Counted from the first letter of the whole stretch, positions 1 through 13,422 are shown. The stretch is 63,096 nucleotides of DNA, filler included, from Intoshia linei (GCA_001642005.1; 8 parts of 8 records of this genome joined end to end with filler, not necessarily neighbours in it); one strand, 5' to 3'. The notes: generated from the letters alone by a model not told the origin. Translations and numbers: made by a program.

Positions 1-713
1 TGTAAAGGTGGCGGTGTAATGGTATGGGCTGCATTTGGTAAAAATAGCAGATCAAAGATATGCTTCAGAAAAGGGAGAATGAATTCTGTAAAATACACAA
101 AAGTGTTACAAGACTATTTATTAAATTGCAGGGATTATTTTGATGTGTTCCAACAAGACAATGCATCAGTACACGTATCTAAATACACAAAAGACTGATT
201 ATTAAACAAAGGAATACATTTATTAAAATGGCCTGCTTGTAGCCCTGACCTAAATCCAATCGAAAATTTATGGGGAATTCTTTCAAGGCATATTTACTCA
301 CACAATAAACAATATTCATCATTAAAAGATATCAAATTATCCATTATAGCAGCATGGGGCAATATTAAATATGATGTAATTAATAACCTCATTAATTCGA
401 TGCCAAATCGAATTTTTGAAGTTATTGAAAAAAACGGATGTTGTACCCATTATTAAAACATATAATCATTTCATTATCATTAATATTAAGCTATTTTAAC
501 TCAATTGTCTTCGACTTGTTTCCAATAAAATTGTTGGAGATTTTCGTTAAATTTGATTAATCAAGCATAGGTTTTAATTAAAAAATTTTTTATGTTATTA
601 AATCGAACAATACAGTACTTATGATCATAATATTATTTCGAAATGGCCAATTTCGAGTATTTTAAGGTTTTAAAATACTTTCTGTAAATGTCCCAAACTT
701 TTTTCTAGCAGTG
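1..713 (+). mobile_element. Tc1-like (DD34E) transposon, 3' part; transposase pseudogene 1-456; lies in an intron of NADK
   Basis: Frame 1 reads GGGVMVWAAF...FQQDNASVH...WPACSPDLNPIENLW...SMPNR, with 34 residues between D and E. In-frame TGA at 196-198, stop at 454-456. Terminus ...CTAGCAGTG|TA at 709-715. Confidence 0.92.
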
Positions 714-746
714 TATACATTTAAAGTAATATTAAACTATGTTAAC

Positions 747-1771
747 CTTAATTTCGACATAGGATGGTATAATAATAGGTCTGAAAGATAAAGAATGTGG
801 ACATATCGGAACGATTAATATTGACGAAACAGAAGGGTGAACCTAATTAAAATAAAAAATAAAAAAAGGTCTAAAAATACCATTGAAGCACCAGCAGCAG
901 CTGAGTAGGCGGTACTACCAGAAGGAGTTGATATTATCAAACCTATAAAAAACATGTAAATTAAAAAGCATATAATTTACCATCGCCTTGAACAGAAGTA
1001 ACCATCTTATCGTTAACGATAAGATCAAGATGACTTAAGAAAGGATCTATTCCACGGTTTACAACCACATCATTTAAAACCTAACATAATTTAAGAGACA
1101 TAAAAGTAAATATTACAACATATTTGTCTTTAACTTTGTTACTTTTGTTATGAATAACGGCTGAAATTCTTTCTCGTTTTATCAAACTGAGTCTATTTCC
1201 TATATACAGGTAATATAATAAATCATGATAAAATATAATAACCTTCAAAAATATCTGAAAGGGTTTTTTGATATTCAGAATATTTCATATTGGCCATAAA
1301 GCCTAACGAACCAAAATGGAATGTGGCTATAGGTGGTGGAGATTTGTGCTAAGGTAATTTATATTAAATTATAATAATTAAACCTGGAAAAGTGAAGCTG
1401 CATATATAACGGTTCCATCACCACCGAGTGTGATTACTAGGTCAATCTTATCCAACATTTCTTGTTCGTCTACAATAATATAAAAGTAGACACGAAAAAG
1501 TATAACGTTTCGAAATTCCGACAAATTGATGACCCAAATTGTTGCTCATGTCTAGCATTTTTTGTGACTTTACAAACCCTGATAAGACACTAGTGTCAAC
1601 ATATACTTTTTTGTTTTTGTCCTTTAAATTTCAAAATAATATAAAACAAAATCCAACCTTGATTATATATTCCGTAATCTCACAGAGTGCATCAATTAAT
1701 TCGGCATGTCTTTTAGTAACAATCAAAACATTTTTTACTGGTTTGTCCCATTTCAGTGGAATATCAGTCAT
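747..1771 (-). CDS. NADK: NAD kinase, 8 exons visible (1771-1658, 1621-1507, 1469-1384, 1348-1243, 1199-1117, 1080-981, 942-881, 842-747); 3' end outside window
   Basis: Spliced translation contains [84 protein letters not shown] and [15 protein letters not shown] introns of 35-43 nt. Confidence 0.95.
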
Positions 1772-2783
1772 TTTAACCGTTTTGTAAGAATTGAAATTTC
1801 TAATTTGATGATCTTAATGGTTATGATAGTTATCGATTGAAAAAATTACCTATAGTACAATATCTGCGGTAAATAAATAAGTCTTTATTTAAATATTTGT
1901 TTTCTTGTAAAGACGAAAAATGATATGTTTGTGAATTATTTTTAGACAGAAAAGGATACACCAATTTACAATAAGTAAGATTGTATTTGAACAATTCAAA
2001 ATAACGACAAATTTTTGTTTCAAAATAGAATATGCACTTTGACATTAACATTACAGTCATTATAAAATTTACATTTTGACGTACATATTACTTTCTAAAA
2101 TTTGTATTTGCTTATTAAATTTGACAAATTCATCAAAGTTAAACTTTGTCACATATAATATCTTAGTGACTGTTATTGTATAAAATTTTTAACACAAAGT
2201 AATGATAACTTTTATCGTATAAGTATATATTAACTTTCACTTTTTATTTACTTCATATATATAATATTTTGATTTACAATATTAATTACATATAATTACA
2301 CATTTTGTCTAAAAAATTAAAAAATAGAATAACAATTGTTTTTAAAATTCTTTACGAAAATGTTAACAAAATAAATTTTAATTTATTCAATAATTTAACG
2401 TGAAATAATTCACTTTAAATTAAAAGGTAATGTGATATGACGGGTCCACGTGTAACAAGTTTGGAACTACTCCTTTAAATGATTGATAATAGTAAATATT
2501 AGCATTTTTAGGTTAAATTTTCTTATTGACATATGTGAATTTATTTTTTTAGTAAAATAAAAATGTGCCCTCGGATGAACTAGATGCTTTTTGTAAGTAG
2601 TACATAATAGTCAACTAGTTTTATTTTAATTTGATGTGAATTGAACGATCCATGGTGAAATAAGTTTGGAAACCACTCCTTCAACCGAAACACATCATAA
2701 AAGATAAAACTATATGTAAAACAGGTATTACTATTACAGTTATTATTAAGATAAATACTTTAATTATTCAGTGATATTTACAA

Positions 2784-5288
2784 TTAAACATTATTCATTT
2801 TTTTCAAGTATTTAACTGTGTCGCAGTTGAATCGTTTGATTGGTTGAATCACAGCAATATAACCACCATTTTCAGGCTAAAATAAACATAATCCTTTACA
2901 TATATAATATTTAAAGTCTGTGTTACCATTTATTTAAAAGATTAACAGTCGTAGAATTAAAAAATCCAATATCTAATATAGTTTTATCTGGGTTGATGTT
3001 TATATCTAAGTTTCATTTTCCGAAATTGAGTCCCTCAGCGTCAAAATCCAATTTTCTCTTTTGTTTAAAAAAATAATCAACCCAAAATTTAATAAAACAT
3101 ACATTCTGAGACGCGTTTTAAAATCATTAACATTGTCGTTAATCTCAGCCTCAAAAACGTATACCTTCATGGTCGAAACCTCAAATTACCCTTTGTTTTA
3201 AAAATGAAATATGCCCTAAAATTTTTTTAAACATAAATTCTGGGATAGTTTTTAAAATCTTAAACATTGTGATAAATGGAAACCTCAAAAAAAAAAATAA
3301 TTTTTACGATCATAACCCCTTATTACCTTTTTTTAATGAAAACAGCCCTAGAATTTAAAACAAATCACAGATGGTACAGTTGTATCCTGTTAAGACACAC
3401 AAAAAATTTCAATCTAAATAAGTGATGCCTTGATGGTCAAAAAAGTACTTTAATATTCAATTTTTTTATTTAGAAATTATTTTATAAAAACAGAAAATTT
3501 GAAATAATTAATGGTCCTACATTTAAAAAAAAGATAATTTTTAATATATTGGCAACCAATATTTTTCAAATGTTGATTAAAATTAAAAATGAAAAAGTAA
3601 AATAATCATCATACAATTTCAAAAAAAGTGAATTGAACGTCTACACCAGCGGTTCCCAACAGGTGGGTCGCGAGATTTATGTAAAAAAAGTTATTCTAGT
3701 TTTATTGTAAATTTATTGATATTATCAGTAAAGAAATTTTTCAAAGGGTAGATGGATTTTTCGAAGATAGGATACATATGACTTTACATCAGTAAATCAT
3801 CTTCTATATCTGTTGAATGAAAAGAAGCACATTCAATTTTCGCATCTGACTGTCTGGTGTGTAGACTACATATTTCCAATAAATAAATAAATATGGATAG
3901 AAATCTATGTAATTGATTGCTTCGGATTTTTTTCATTGCTACGCAATTTTTGATTCTCAAATTCTCATTTTCAGAATATTTTGTTTCAAATTAATCAACT
4001 TAAACTACAACAACGAAACTAAAAGTATTACAACTTTGTTATTATCATTTTTATATTTATTACAATGCTTTGCAATATTGATAAAATTCATTTGAAATAT
4101 ATTTCTAAAGTGCTGATTCCGTTATACTATTATTTTGATACATAATTAGTACTTGTAATTATTTATTCAATTGGTACTGAATATATATTATCACATTGAT
4201 AATATCAAAATAGGTTTTTACAATTTTATTTTTTCTGGAATTTATACTATTTATGATAATTTTTAGGATTATACCGTTTTTACTTAATTTTTAATATTAT
4301 ACACACATTCTGTCTAATAAATTAAAAAAATGGGATAACAATTTTTTTTAAAATTTACATAAAATCTTAACATTTGTATTCCACGTCTACACATTTCCAA
4401 TAAAGAATTATGGGTACAAATATCATAACTTGATAACATCTGTTTTATTATCATTCTAAGAATTTCAATATTTACATTTTAGGTAAAGTGGCCAGAAAAA
4501 ATATGTACTATCACTTTTAGTTTATTTAGTGATAAATGTAAAGCCAAAACTACTTATCTATGATGACAAATAAAAATTTTCGGCTTAAAATGTATTCCAA
4601 ATAAATAAACAAGTGATGGTATGTATTTTTCTGGCCACTTTATTTTAGGGGGTAAATATTTATCGATTTGATTTTTTTGATAAATGCTTAATCAAAAAAG
4701 CATCCACGTGCAAAAGTCTTTCTAATAAAAAATAATACATAAAAAGGAGACACCCTATTAAAGTATATTCATGGTAACGTCGTTATTCTAAAAAAATAAA
4801 CACATATTACAATTACTTACAGGCTGAAAGATTAACTTTGGGTTTTCTTGGAGTTTATCATTAAAGTCAATGAGTTTTCCAACTATGCATGCGTAGATTT
4901 TGGTAATAATGTCATTTCCTTTCTTCAAGTAACATAAAACTGTATTTTCGTCTACCTGAAGTCCTCCCTAAAGTTTCAAAGTTCGCTTGATGAGTTTATA
5001 TATTATATTTTATAAATATACCTTTTTCTTTTTTCCTTGTATTTTAACATCGAATATGGAAAAGTTTGGCGTTAAATTAAAGTCCAAATAGACATCTTCG
5101 TTTTTGTAGTCATAATTAATATGTTGATGAGAAAATGTAACTATACAAAGTCTAAAAATAATTGATGAAATGTCGTGTAATCGATTGAGTAATAAATTAT
5201 TACTAAAACTTAACATGTACATGTAAATAAATAAATTACCCATTCAAATGGATATAAACATTTTGTTTAACTTGAGGGTTATTTAAAT
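2784..5288 (-). CDS. ABITRAM: Abitram/FAM206A (Simiate)-like protein; exons 5288-5240, 5151-5022, 4967-4821, 2876-2784; first exon unresolved
   Basis: Spliced QNVYIHLNGLCIVTFSHQH...KIQGKKKKGG...IYACIVGKLIDFNDKLQENPKLIFQPPENGGYIAVIQP parallels the FAM206A pattern HSNRICVITL...VSGKFKRG...CVRGRLMEVN...EGYIAVVLP. Splice phases are consistent. Confidence 0.8.
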
Positions 5289-5864
5289 CTAAATAATATT
5301 AATAAGTTAGCGTTGGAGCTTTATAACTTATACGCTCGTAGGCGTCAAAAAATGAATAAATTAATAATTTATAATACATAATGTGAAATTCAATAAACAA
5401 GTAAATAACTCTATACTTCGTATATTTAGGTATAAGTTGGACACAAAATTTTAAACCTTGAAATGTTTTGATCAAATCTCAACCACTGAAAACTGTCTGT
5501 GTGAAAAGTGACAGTTGTTAATACAGTTAATTAATGAAAAAATGAATGTGACACTTTCATTTTTCCGGTTTATGGCCAATCAAGTCTTCCAAAAAAATTA
5601 AATTTTTTTGATTAAAATTGTTCATAAATATACCTATTAGATCACTAACTACTACTACAAATAAATACTTGTATACTGATAAATTCGATAATCTCGATTC
5701 AAATAAGTTTCACATAAATTTATCGCGTATTCTGAATATTCTGGTTCAACATCAATTTCAATTTTATCAGACATAAACCATTTAAAATGTAGTTACTAAA
5801 ATTTTAAATCTATTAACGTTTATATTACCTTAGTAATTTAATATTAAACTAATTTTAGTGAATA

Positions 5865-6104
5865 ATGAAAAATCAACTATTGAAATCATTAAAACATTTG
5901 AGAGGTCTATACACAAGATGGCCTGAAATCTCAACATTGAGTGATGTAGATTTAAAAAAATCAGTTTTACATAAATTAATTAAAAAATTAGAAAACGAGG
6001 TCGAAAAATCAAATCCACAAAATTCAGTAATATTGCAAATTAATCAAGAAATAGAATCCATGGAAAATTTACTAGATAACAAATATTTTAACTTGTATCA
6101 ATAA
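5865..6104 (+). CDS. UQCC2: UQCC2/Cbp6-like complex III assembly factor (79 aa, apparently single exon)
   Basis: RWP...DL near the N-terminus and ESMENLLDNKY..LY near the C-terminus resemble the UQCC2/Cbp6 pattern (WP...RDL...ESL..L..N.Y...Y). Shorter than typical. Confidence 0.6.
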   Translation: MKNQLLKSLKHLRGLYTRWPEISTLSDVDLKKSVLHKLIKKLENEVEKSNPQNSVILQINQEIESMENLLDNKYFNLYQ

Positions 6105-6145
6105 ATCTAATTATTAAAGTTTTATTTATTTCCCCCGCTATTGTA

Positions 6146-6484
6146 ATGGAAGAAGAATGTGGTCAACCGAATTCTTTATCTGTAAATATTTTTAATTTAT
6201 ATAATCACATAATTAGAAGTTAAATTTTAATTTGATTATATCTGTGTTTGCAATCTATATTGGCACATCCTTTTAATTTGGTTATAATATCAGTTGTTAT
6301 TGTCAGAAATCTTATTGAATCGGTATATTTTTTAGGATTAAAATTTACCCTATGTTTAGTTTATATATATTTTTTATAAAAATGCTAACGGATCTTTAAG
6401 CGATAAATGGTATTTTACATTGTGTACTGCCATGGGAATTATTGGCGCTGTTTGTATTTGTCCTATTGCTAATAGATATGGAAG
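6146..6484 (+). pseudogene. Facilitated sugar transporter (GLUT/SLC2A-like) N-terminal exons, disrupted
   Basis: IISVFAIYIGTSF*FGYNIS has TAA at 6274-6276 where GLUTs have Q of (S)FQFGYN. A later exon reads WYFTLCTAMGIIGAVCICPIANRYGR with a GTAAGT donor at 6485. Confidence 0.7.
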
Positions 6485-6574
6485 GTAAGTATTTATAGAA
6501 ATTCATTTAATGACAAGGTAATTTTAATGTGATGGGAATAGAAATACAATGTATATCTATTATTATATTATACA

Positions 6575-7474
6575 CTAGCTTGAGTGTTATGTACTACGTA
6601 CAAACAGCATCTAGCTCTGCCGAGTGCACATTTTTATAAAAAAATAATAAAAAAATAAATTCATTATTTATTTATCATATTTCTTTATTGGAAATGTGTA
6701 GACGTACAATGCACATTTTAATTTAAACGCTTGCATACTATATTATATATCCAATTTTAAACTATTCATCATAAATAAAAAATATTCATTAAAAAAGTAC
6801 GTAAATTTATTTGTAGAATATATAATTTATTTTCAATTATTTTTTCAAATACATCGATATTTTGAGATACTCATTATATTATAGTTTCAATTAAAACTTT
6901 TTCAAAATTACTTGTATGATACTACTTGTAGTTGTATCTCATTACACGTATATTATCAAGATTTTATGTGATTCAATGATACATATATTAATATCATATG
7001 AATTATATAGATTTTCACCTATATTTCTTTATTGAAAATGTGTAGACGTTCAATGCACAATTTGTTTGAGATTGTAGGATCAATATTTACATTTTCAATT
7101 TTTGATTTTAATCGAAATATTTGAAAAATATTGGTTGATAATATATTAAAAATTATTTTTCACCGGGAATGCGTAGATTTCTAGAGTTGAAATTTTGTAT
7201 TTATATCAACTGGAATAAGCTCTATCAGAATTATTTTTTTTTATAATTTTCTCACAGTTAATTATTTCACATTTTTTGTTTTAATAAAATATTTCAAAAA
7301 AAAATATATGAAAATTAAATGCGCTTTTTTGACCGTGAAGTCGTCACTTATCAGATTTAAATTTTTTGTTATTAACAGGATACATCTGTACCATCTGTAA
7401 TTTTTTTTAAATTTTAGGGGTGTTTTCATTAAAAAAAGAAGGGTAATTTGGGGTTTTGGCCCTGAAGATATAAT
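6575..7474 (-). mobile_element. Non-autonomous Helitron-like element (3' end and internal region)
   Basis: Minus strand ends with hairpin GTTTGTAC-GTA-GTACATAAC, then ACTCAAG CTAG|T. Internal blocks (TTCACCGGGAATGCGTAGAT, GGAATAAGCTCTATCAGAAT, GACCGTGAAGTCGTCACTTA) recur across the window. Confidence 0.7.
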
Positions 7475-7574
7475 NNNNNNNNNNNNNNNNNNNNNNNNNN
7501 NNNNNNNNNNNNNNNNNNTTAATTAATTAANNNNNNNNNNNNNNNNNNNNNNNNNNNNNNNNNNNNNNNNNNNN
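7475..7574. other. Assembly gap spacer; identical spacers at 15801-15900, 22587-22686, 33618-33717, 45115-45214, 59151-59250, 60674-60773
   Basis: 44 N + TTAATTAATTAA (stops in all six frames) + 44 N. Confidence 0.98.
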
Positions 7575-8894
7575 TTAATTTATTTTTTTGTTTTAACCGG
7601 AATTTCTGTACTCTCAATTTTGTCTGTTTCACTTTTTTGTATTTTTCTCCACCTATAAAAATATACTATTTAATAGTAATTATATAATTATTACAGCATG
7701 GGAAAATTATTATAAATTTTTAACACTGGTACATTATATTTAAAAACACGTCTGATCAACATCATAATTACTTTATTTCCAACGTTTTTATAATTATCCT
7801 TAATGCGCACTTTTTAAAGTGTGCCTTATATACTACATAATTTTATCACATTGAAGTACTGATATTTTGATCAATGTGATAATATATTATTTATTTGTTA
7901 TTTGTTATTTTGAGATTTCAATAATTCCTACTTGGGGAACCTCGACATTCTTTTGAAATTAAAGAATTTTTTTTATGGGCATAGAGAATATTAGGTTTGG
8001 TGTTAATTATTATTAATTAAAACTTAATTGAATGTACAATGATAATTATATACCTTCTATAATTTTTTATTTATTTCTCTATCATTTTTCTTGACTTCAT
8101 CGTTATTCAATCTCAGAATGACATCTTAACGATGCTTATTTTTAAATTTCTTTTCAAATAAGATGCATATGTAACTCTCACATCACATTAAAATTTCAGA
8201 GTTTTATTGAGAATGTGTAAATATTTATTTTAAAATAACTATAATTGGAAGTTTTGGCGTTACAAAATTTTTTTGATTTTGATTTTATCAATTATCTCAG
8301 CTTATTTTTTAATTAAAATTAATTTTTTACATGTATATGATAAGAAATTATTTTATCAACGTAACAAATTGAAATTGGTCTAAATGTATTTTATACAAAA
8401 CTAGATATGTCAATTTATATTTATACTTAATATTCTGTAAAAACAAATTTTTATCTAACATACATGAAAGCGTCTATAAATAGTGTTTAAATATAATTTT
8501 TTAGGCTGGTATTTTATAATTATTGTAAATTATAGGATTTATGCTCAACATTAAACCAAAAAAATAAATCTAATTTATTATTTTAATTTTTGCTATTTTG
8601 ATATTTAGTGTAGAGAATGGGCCATTAATTAATAATTAATTATTTTTCTAAATGAGTCAATTTACATAATTGATATTTTTATTATTAACAAAAATATTAG
8701 ATATAAGACATAATTTCATATTGTTAATACTTATTAAGACTCAGAAAATAGACGAATTAAGTAGTAGCGGAAAACTTTTACATAAAAATTGACAATTGAT
8801 TAACAGTTAATAATTAACGTTCATTGAATTTATTCACAATCATTTAATAATCAAATCAATTTTGTTGATTTATGAATGTGTATTCAAAAATTAT

Positions 8895-9790
8895 GATGAA
8901 ACCGAAAAACCTCAGTGCATTTACTTGTCGGCGTTTTATGCAGTAATAGCATAAAGCCAAACCTCCTACATAATAGTAATAATCATAAGAATATAAAACA
9001 CTCAAACCTCACTGACAGTGTTGAAGTTATCGCTCTAAAAAGAACTAGGTGGAACAGTTGACAATTTATCATTTATTCTCAATGTAACAAAATTGTAGAG
9101 ACATAATATCATGTTGCTTACCCGTTTTCTAAACAAAAAAAGCATCATACCATCGGAAACGTTGATCAAACCCTGTACTCTTAACATTTCAGAACTTCTA
9201 CTGTGCGAAAAACAAAAATGGGCACTTAAATCAATTTATTTGTAAAAGAATTAAAAATTTAGCAGAAGTTATGGATGAACTTCGAAAAACCTAGTAAAAT
9301 TTAGTTTACAATTGGACGAATCTACTGATGTGTTTGCAAGATATGTTGTAAATGATAACATTAAGTAGAAATATCTGTTTTGTGAGTCATTAAATAAAAT
9401 AAAAGATATATTCGAAATAAATTATATATTAATACATTAAAATATATATAAAATTTTTTATGATTTCCAAATAGAAAAAAAATTTACATAATCTCTTGAT
9501 TTTTCCAGTGGTCGTTTTGAAAAATATATTATATATGACTATGATAATTTTAAATGTGATATTTGGTGGTTTTTGGTGTAGTATGCTTAATATCTATTGA
9601 TTTGTGACTGAAATTGCTCTTGAAGTAATTATTACTTTTGTTACAACATGGTTTTGTGAGGCTGGATTTTCTATTCTAACATATCAAAAAAAGATAAAGG
9701 AATAAAATAGATGTCCGTGCCGGTATGCGAGTGAGCCTATTAAAAACAATGCGAAGATTTAGCTTCTCATTTCAAAGCAACAATAACGAT
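8895..9790 (+). mobile_element. Decayed hAT (Buster/Charlie, ZBED5/SCAND3-like) transposase
   Basis: Fragments EKPQC, KKHHTIG..IKP, FSLQLDESTDV, FARYV, YLFCESL, TFVTTWFCEAGFS, RNKIDV...MRVSL, with stops, frameshifts and deletions. Confidence 0.85.
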
Positions 9791-10888
9791 TTCATTAAAA
9801 TTTATGTAAAAGTTTTCTGCTATTACTTAATTCGTCTATTTTCTGAGTCTTTAACATTATATTTGAATAGTCTATTTTTGATTAATAAATTTGGTGGTAT
9901 GACCAGAGCTACTTTATTTTCCGATATTTTTCAATGAAAAATAGATAATATATCTACTGGATATTGTAGTAGTACTTACAAAGCTTTTAGTGGATATGAT
10001 AGTTGACACTTTTTCGTTTTTATAAAGGTTTGAAATAAGTACAGACAGGGTCGTGGAGAGGGTCATATGTTCCGTGTCTATAATCATGAGGGCCTACTTT
10101 TTAATTTATTAATAAGTATTGATAAAAAATTTCTTAATTATATCATAATTTCGATAATCAATGGGATTTTTAATTTTTAGATAATGAACCTTCGATTAAT
10201 TAATGTATAGAGGTCCATTTTTATAAAAAATTTTATAGGGGCATATACTTTCTATCGAGCCTGGGCGTACTGCTGGCTCTCCACTACCATTATTATGACC
10301 AAATCAGCTTTAATTCTTAAATTGTATTAATTGATTATTAATCAGGGGTGCACAGTCATTAAAATCAATATTTGGGGGTGCATAGGTCAAAAAAGGTTAA
10401 GAACCACTGCTTTAAAAGAAATGCTTCCCAAACATGTTTCAAATGGAACCGTCATATCACATTACTTTTTACTTTACATTGGATTATTTTATCTTCATCA
10501 GCGTATATATTTTTTTAAATTTTCCAACTCGTTTGATTTTCAAAAAGAGGGACAACTTGGGTTTAACCCGTAATATGTGAGTTCGGGAGGTTGAAATTTA
10601 TCTATTATATGTCCCGGAAAAAACTTAATTGAAATGTGCACTTTATAAAATTCTAAGACTGGTGGTTATTGAAATAAAGTGGAACACACACACAAACAAA
10701 TATTGCGTAGAATATTTTATAAGTAAGGATGTAGTTACTACATTGTAATAGGATATAATTTTAAGTCCAGAAAAGATGCTGCAACATTAGCTGTTTTGAA
10801 ATTCAATTTAATGTACAGACTTCATTTATAGAAATGAAGTCATTGATTCATACACTATCTTTTGTAGATACATTAAATTTTAAATTAG

Positions 10889-12518
10889 AAAATTAAAGAA
10901 TTTGATATTATTCACAAACAAATTGAAATTGTTGATAGACAAATGGGTTCTAGGCACATTGAATTAAAAGATATTGAAAATTGTCTTAATTTCATCAATT
11001 CAATAAATTCAAAATACCCTGGAAAAAGCACATATGTTCATTGCAAGGCAGGCAGAACAAGATCGGCTATAATTGTTGCATGTTATCTTATTAATGAAGT
11101 AATTTTAAAAAAATGGAAAAGGTTGGAAACTATTATATAAGATGGACTCGGACAGTGAGACTCAAATTTATTTCGAAAATCAGTGCAGTAGAAGTGAATA
11201 TTTTTAGAAATTTTAGAAAATTAATTTGATGAAAAATTTAAATTGATTACCCATTTTATCCCAATGTGACCATATAGTCACACTAAATGGAAATATTAAA
11301 AGGTGAATAACTTATTAAGCAAAGTACAAATTAATCTGCCATATTTAGAATCGTGTAGGCTATTGCAATGTATTTTTCATGGTTATAAGATTATTAGTTT
11401 CGTTTCTTACCTTTCACATGTAAAGTTTTTTTTTTTTAAAAAATTAAATGTAAACTAAAGGGTTTTTTCTTTATTTTATAGAAAGATATTTTCAATTTTG
11501 GATAAACCATATCAAGGATACATTCATTATCTATTGTTGCTGATATTTTTGAAACATTTCAACCAGTAGTTTAATATATGCACTGTTAAGTGTATGTGAC
11601 CATATGGTCACATTGGGAGAATATGTGTATAATTTATTTATTTACAAATTGTCAATTATTTTTAAATGTTTTCAAACATAAATTTAATTTACTTGTTGTT
11701 AATTTAAAATTAAAACGAAATAGCTTTTTTGACAAGATGGAAATATAACGTCATTATCACCGTTCTGTCTACGATGCATAACGAAAAATTTTTCGAATGT
11801 GTAAAAATAATAACATGAAACAATCAATTCCAAACAGTATATTTTGGACAACTAACAATAATTTTTGGAGTATAATGAATCATTATTAATGATGCTTTAA
11901 TTTAATGACAATGTTACCATTTCCATAATAAAGTACTCATAACATACTCCTATCGATTGAAAACGTCTATATTAAAAATTATTTTTCACCGGGAATGCGT
12001 AGATTTCTGGGGTTGAAATTTTGTATTTATATCAACTGGAATAAGCTCTATTAGAATAATTTTTTTTTTAAATTTTCAGACCGTTAATTATTTCACATTT
12101 TTTGTTTTATTAAAATATTTCGGAAAAAAAATATATGAATACTAAAATTCTTTTTTCACCATGAAGGCGTAAAAAGGTAATTTGGTGTTTTGGCCCTGAA
12201 GATATATTTTTTTTAATTTATGATTTTAAAATCAGTATCAGAGTGTATATTTTTTAAACTGTCGAATTCGTTTGATTTTCAAAAAAAAAAAAACAATTGG
12301 TCTTTTTGACCCGTAAGGTGTGAGTTTGGGAGGTTGAAATTTATTTTGATAAATTAATATAAAATAATTTTAAATTTTAGAAAAAAAAGTCACCAAATGA
12401 AGCAATCGAATTTCTTGAAAAATTAAGACACGTGAAATTTTACCCATACAGCATAGAAATAATGAACAAATTTTATAAATTGAAACAATCTGCAGAAAAG
12501 TTAAAGAGAATTTATTAG
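10889..12518 (+). CDS. PTPMT1: PTPMT1-like mitochondrial phosphatidylglycerophosphatase; last two exons (10889-11098, 12381-12518); 5' exons not resolved
   Basis: STYVHCKAGRTRSAIIVACYLI matches the PTPMT1 catalytic loop HCKAGRSRS. The next exon SPNEAIEFLEKLR fits the C-terminal helix. Phase-0 GT-AG intron. Confidence 0.85.
11250..11627. mobile_element. MITE with ~34-bp imperfect TIRs containing a palindrome (piggyBac-like), in PTPMT1 intron
   Basis: CCCATTTTATCCCAATGTGACCATATAGTCACA at the left end; inverted copy TGTGACCATATGGTCACATTGGGAGAATATGTG at the right end. Confidence 0.7.
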
Positions 12519-12935
12519 TAAAAGTAAACTATCACCAAAAGCTTTTCCTTCAGTGTTGTTTAGGTATACAAGAGAACCGAGAGAGCATATAGTTATCATC
12601 AATATAAATTGCTTTACTAGTGATTTCACTGTTTTATTGTGAAGATAATCCAATTTTATTGAATTCAGACCCCTAAAAAGTATTGTGAATTTACAAACAT
12701 TAAATTAAATATATACATTATTAGTGATTTTTTTTAAATTTTTCATCTTTATCATACATATCATCTACGATATCTACATACCAATAAATGTGTAAACAAA
12801 GAAAAGCCGACGCAAAAGATGTCACAATGGGTTGTGGATTTTTTATGTTAATTGCTATGACTACGGGCATAATACATTGTACCCCTTTTTCAATTTTCCA
12901 TAATGTTGCTTCGCTTACTTTCGATTCTTGTACTT
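12501..12935 (-). CDS. SDHD: Succinate dehydrogenase cytochrome b small subunit (CybS); exons 12935-12782 and 12672-12501; transit-peptide exon(s) probably to ~13120
   Basis: LWKIEKGV...NPQPIVTSFASAFLCLHIYWGLNSIKLDYLHN...GSLVYLN matches SDHD W..ER...NP...LH.HWGL....DY.H...YFN, including the heme His and the DY motif. Confidence 0.88.
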
Positions 12936-13422
12936 CTAAAATTTGAATATAAAGAGTAAAAAAACATTATGGATATTGGGGGTCGCTTCTAATTTGGAAT
13001 ATAATATTCCAAACTATTTTATGTTTCACCAAAATGTGCAGGCTGCGTGCCGTTTGTACTTGATTCTTAAATACGTGTGACACCCTAATGTCCTTTGTAA
13101 AATCAGCAGTTAGATCTGCCGATGTGGATTTTTTAATTTTAAGGCCGATTTTTCAATTTATTAACAATGTAAAGATAATAAGTGTATGATATGTTAGAAC
13201 AATCAAATTATAGTTACAAATCTAAAAAATTCTCTTAAAAAACATGAATCCCAGAAAAAATAAAATTTTAAATACATGTAGTATATAATTTTCTTCCATA
13301 TTGCATTTCGGATGAATGAGTGGTTATCAAAGTTGCTTTACCATGGACCGGTTATCAAAAAGTGCAATTTTAGGAATTTCGATTTATTATAATGATTTTC
13401 AAAAATATCCCAGAATATATGT

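Noticed and set aside
196-198. In-frame TGA at a Trp position (and TAA at Gln positions at 6274 and ~28407) suggesting an alternative genetic code
   Set aside because: They occur only in decayed TE or pseudogene sequence. Intact genes use TGG/CAA and end with TAA, TAG and TGA normally.
1069-1080. NADK has ND instead of NE in the short conserved motif
   Set aside because: The NAD kinase motif is defined as NE/D, so this is within known variation.
1539-1787. Short ORFs in the track (e.g. 1539, 18741, 21252, 22017, 22081, 23845, 50906, 52390)
   Set aside because: Antisense shadows of real exons or transposases.
7519-7530. TTAATTAATTAA palindrome recurring seven times
   Set aside because: Always centred in N runs; an artificial six-frame-stop scaffold linker.
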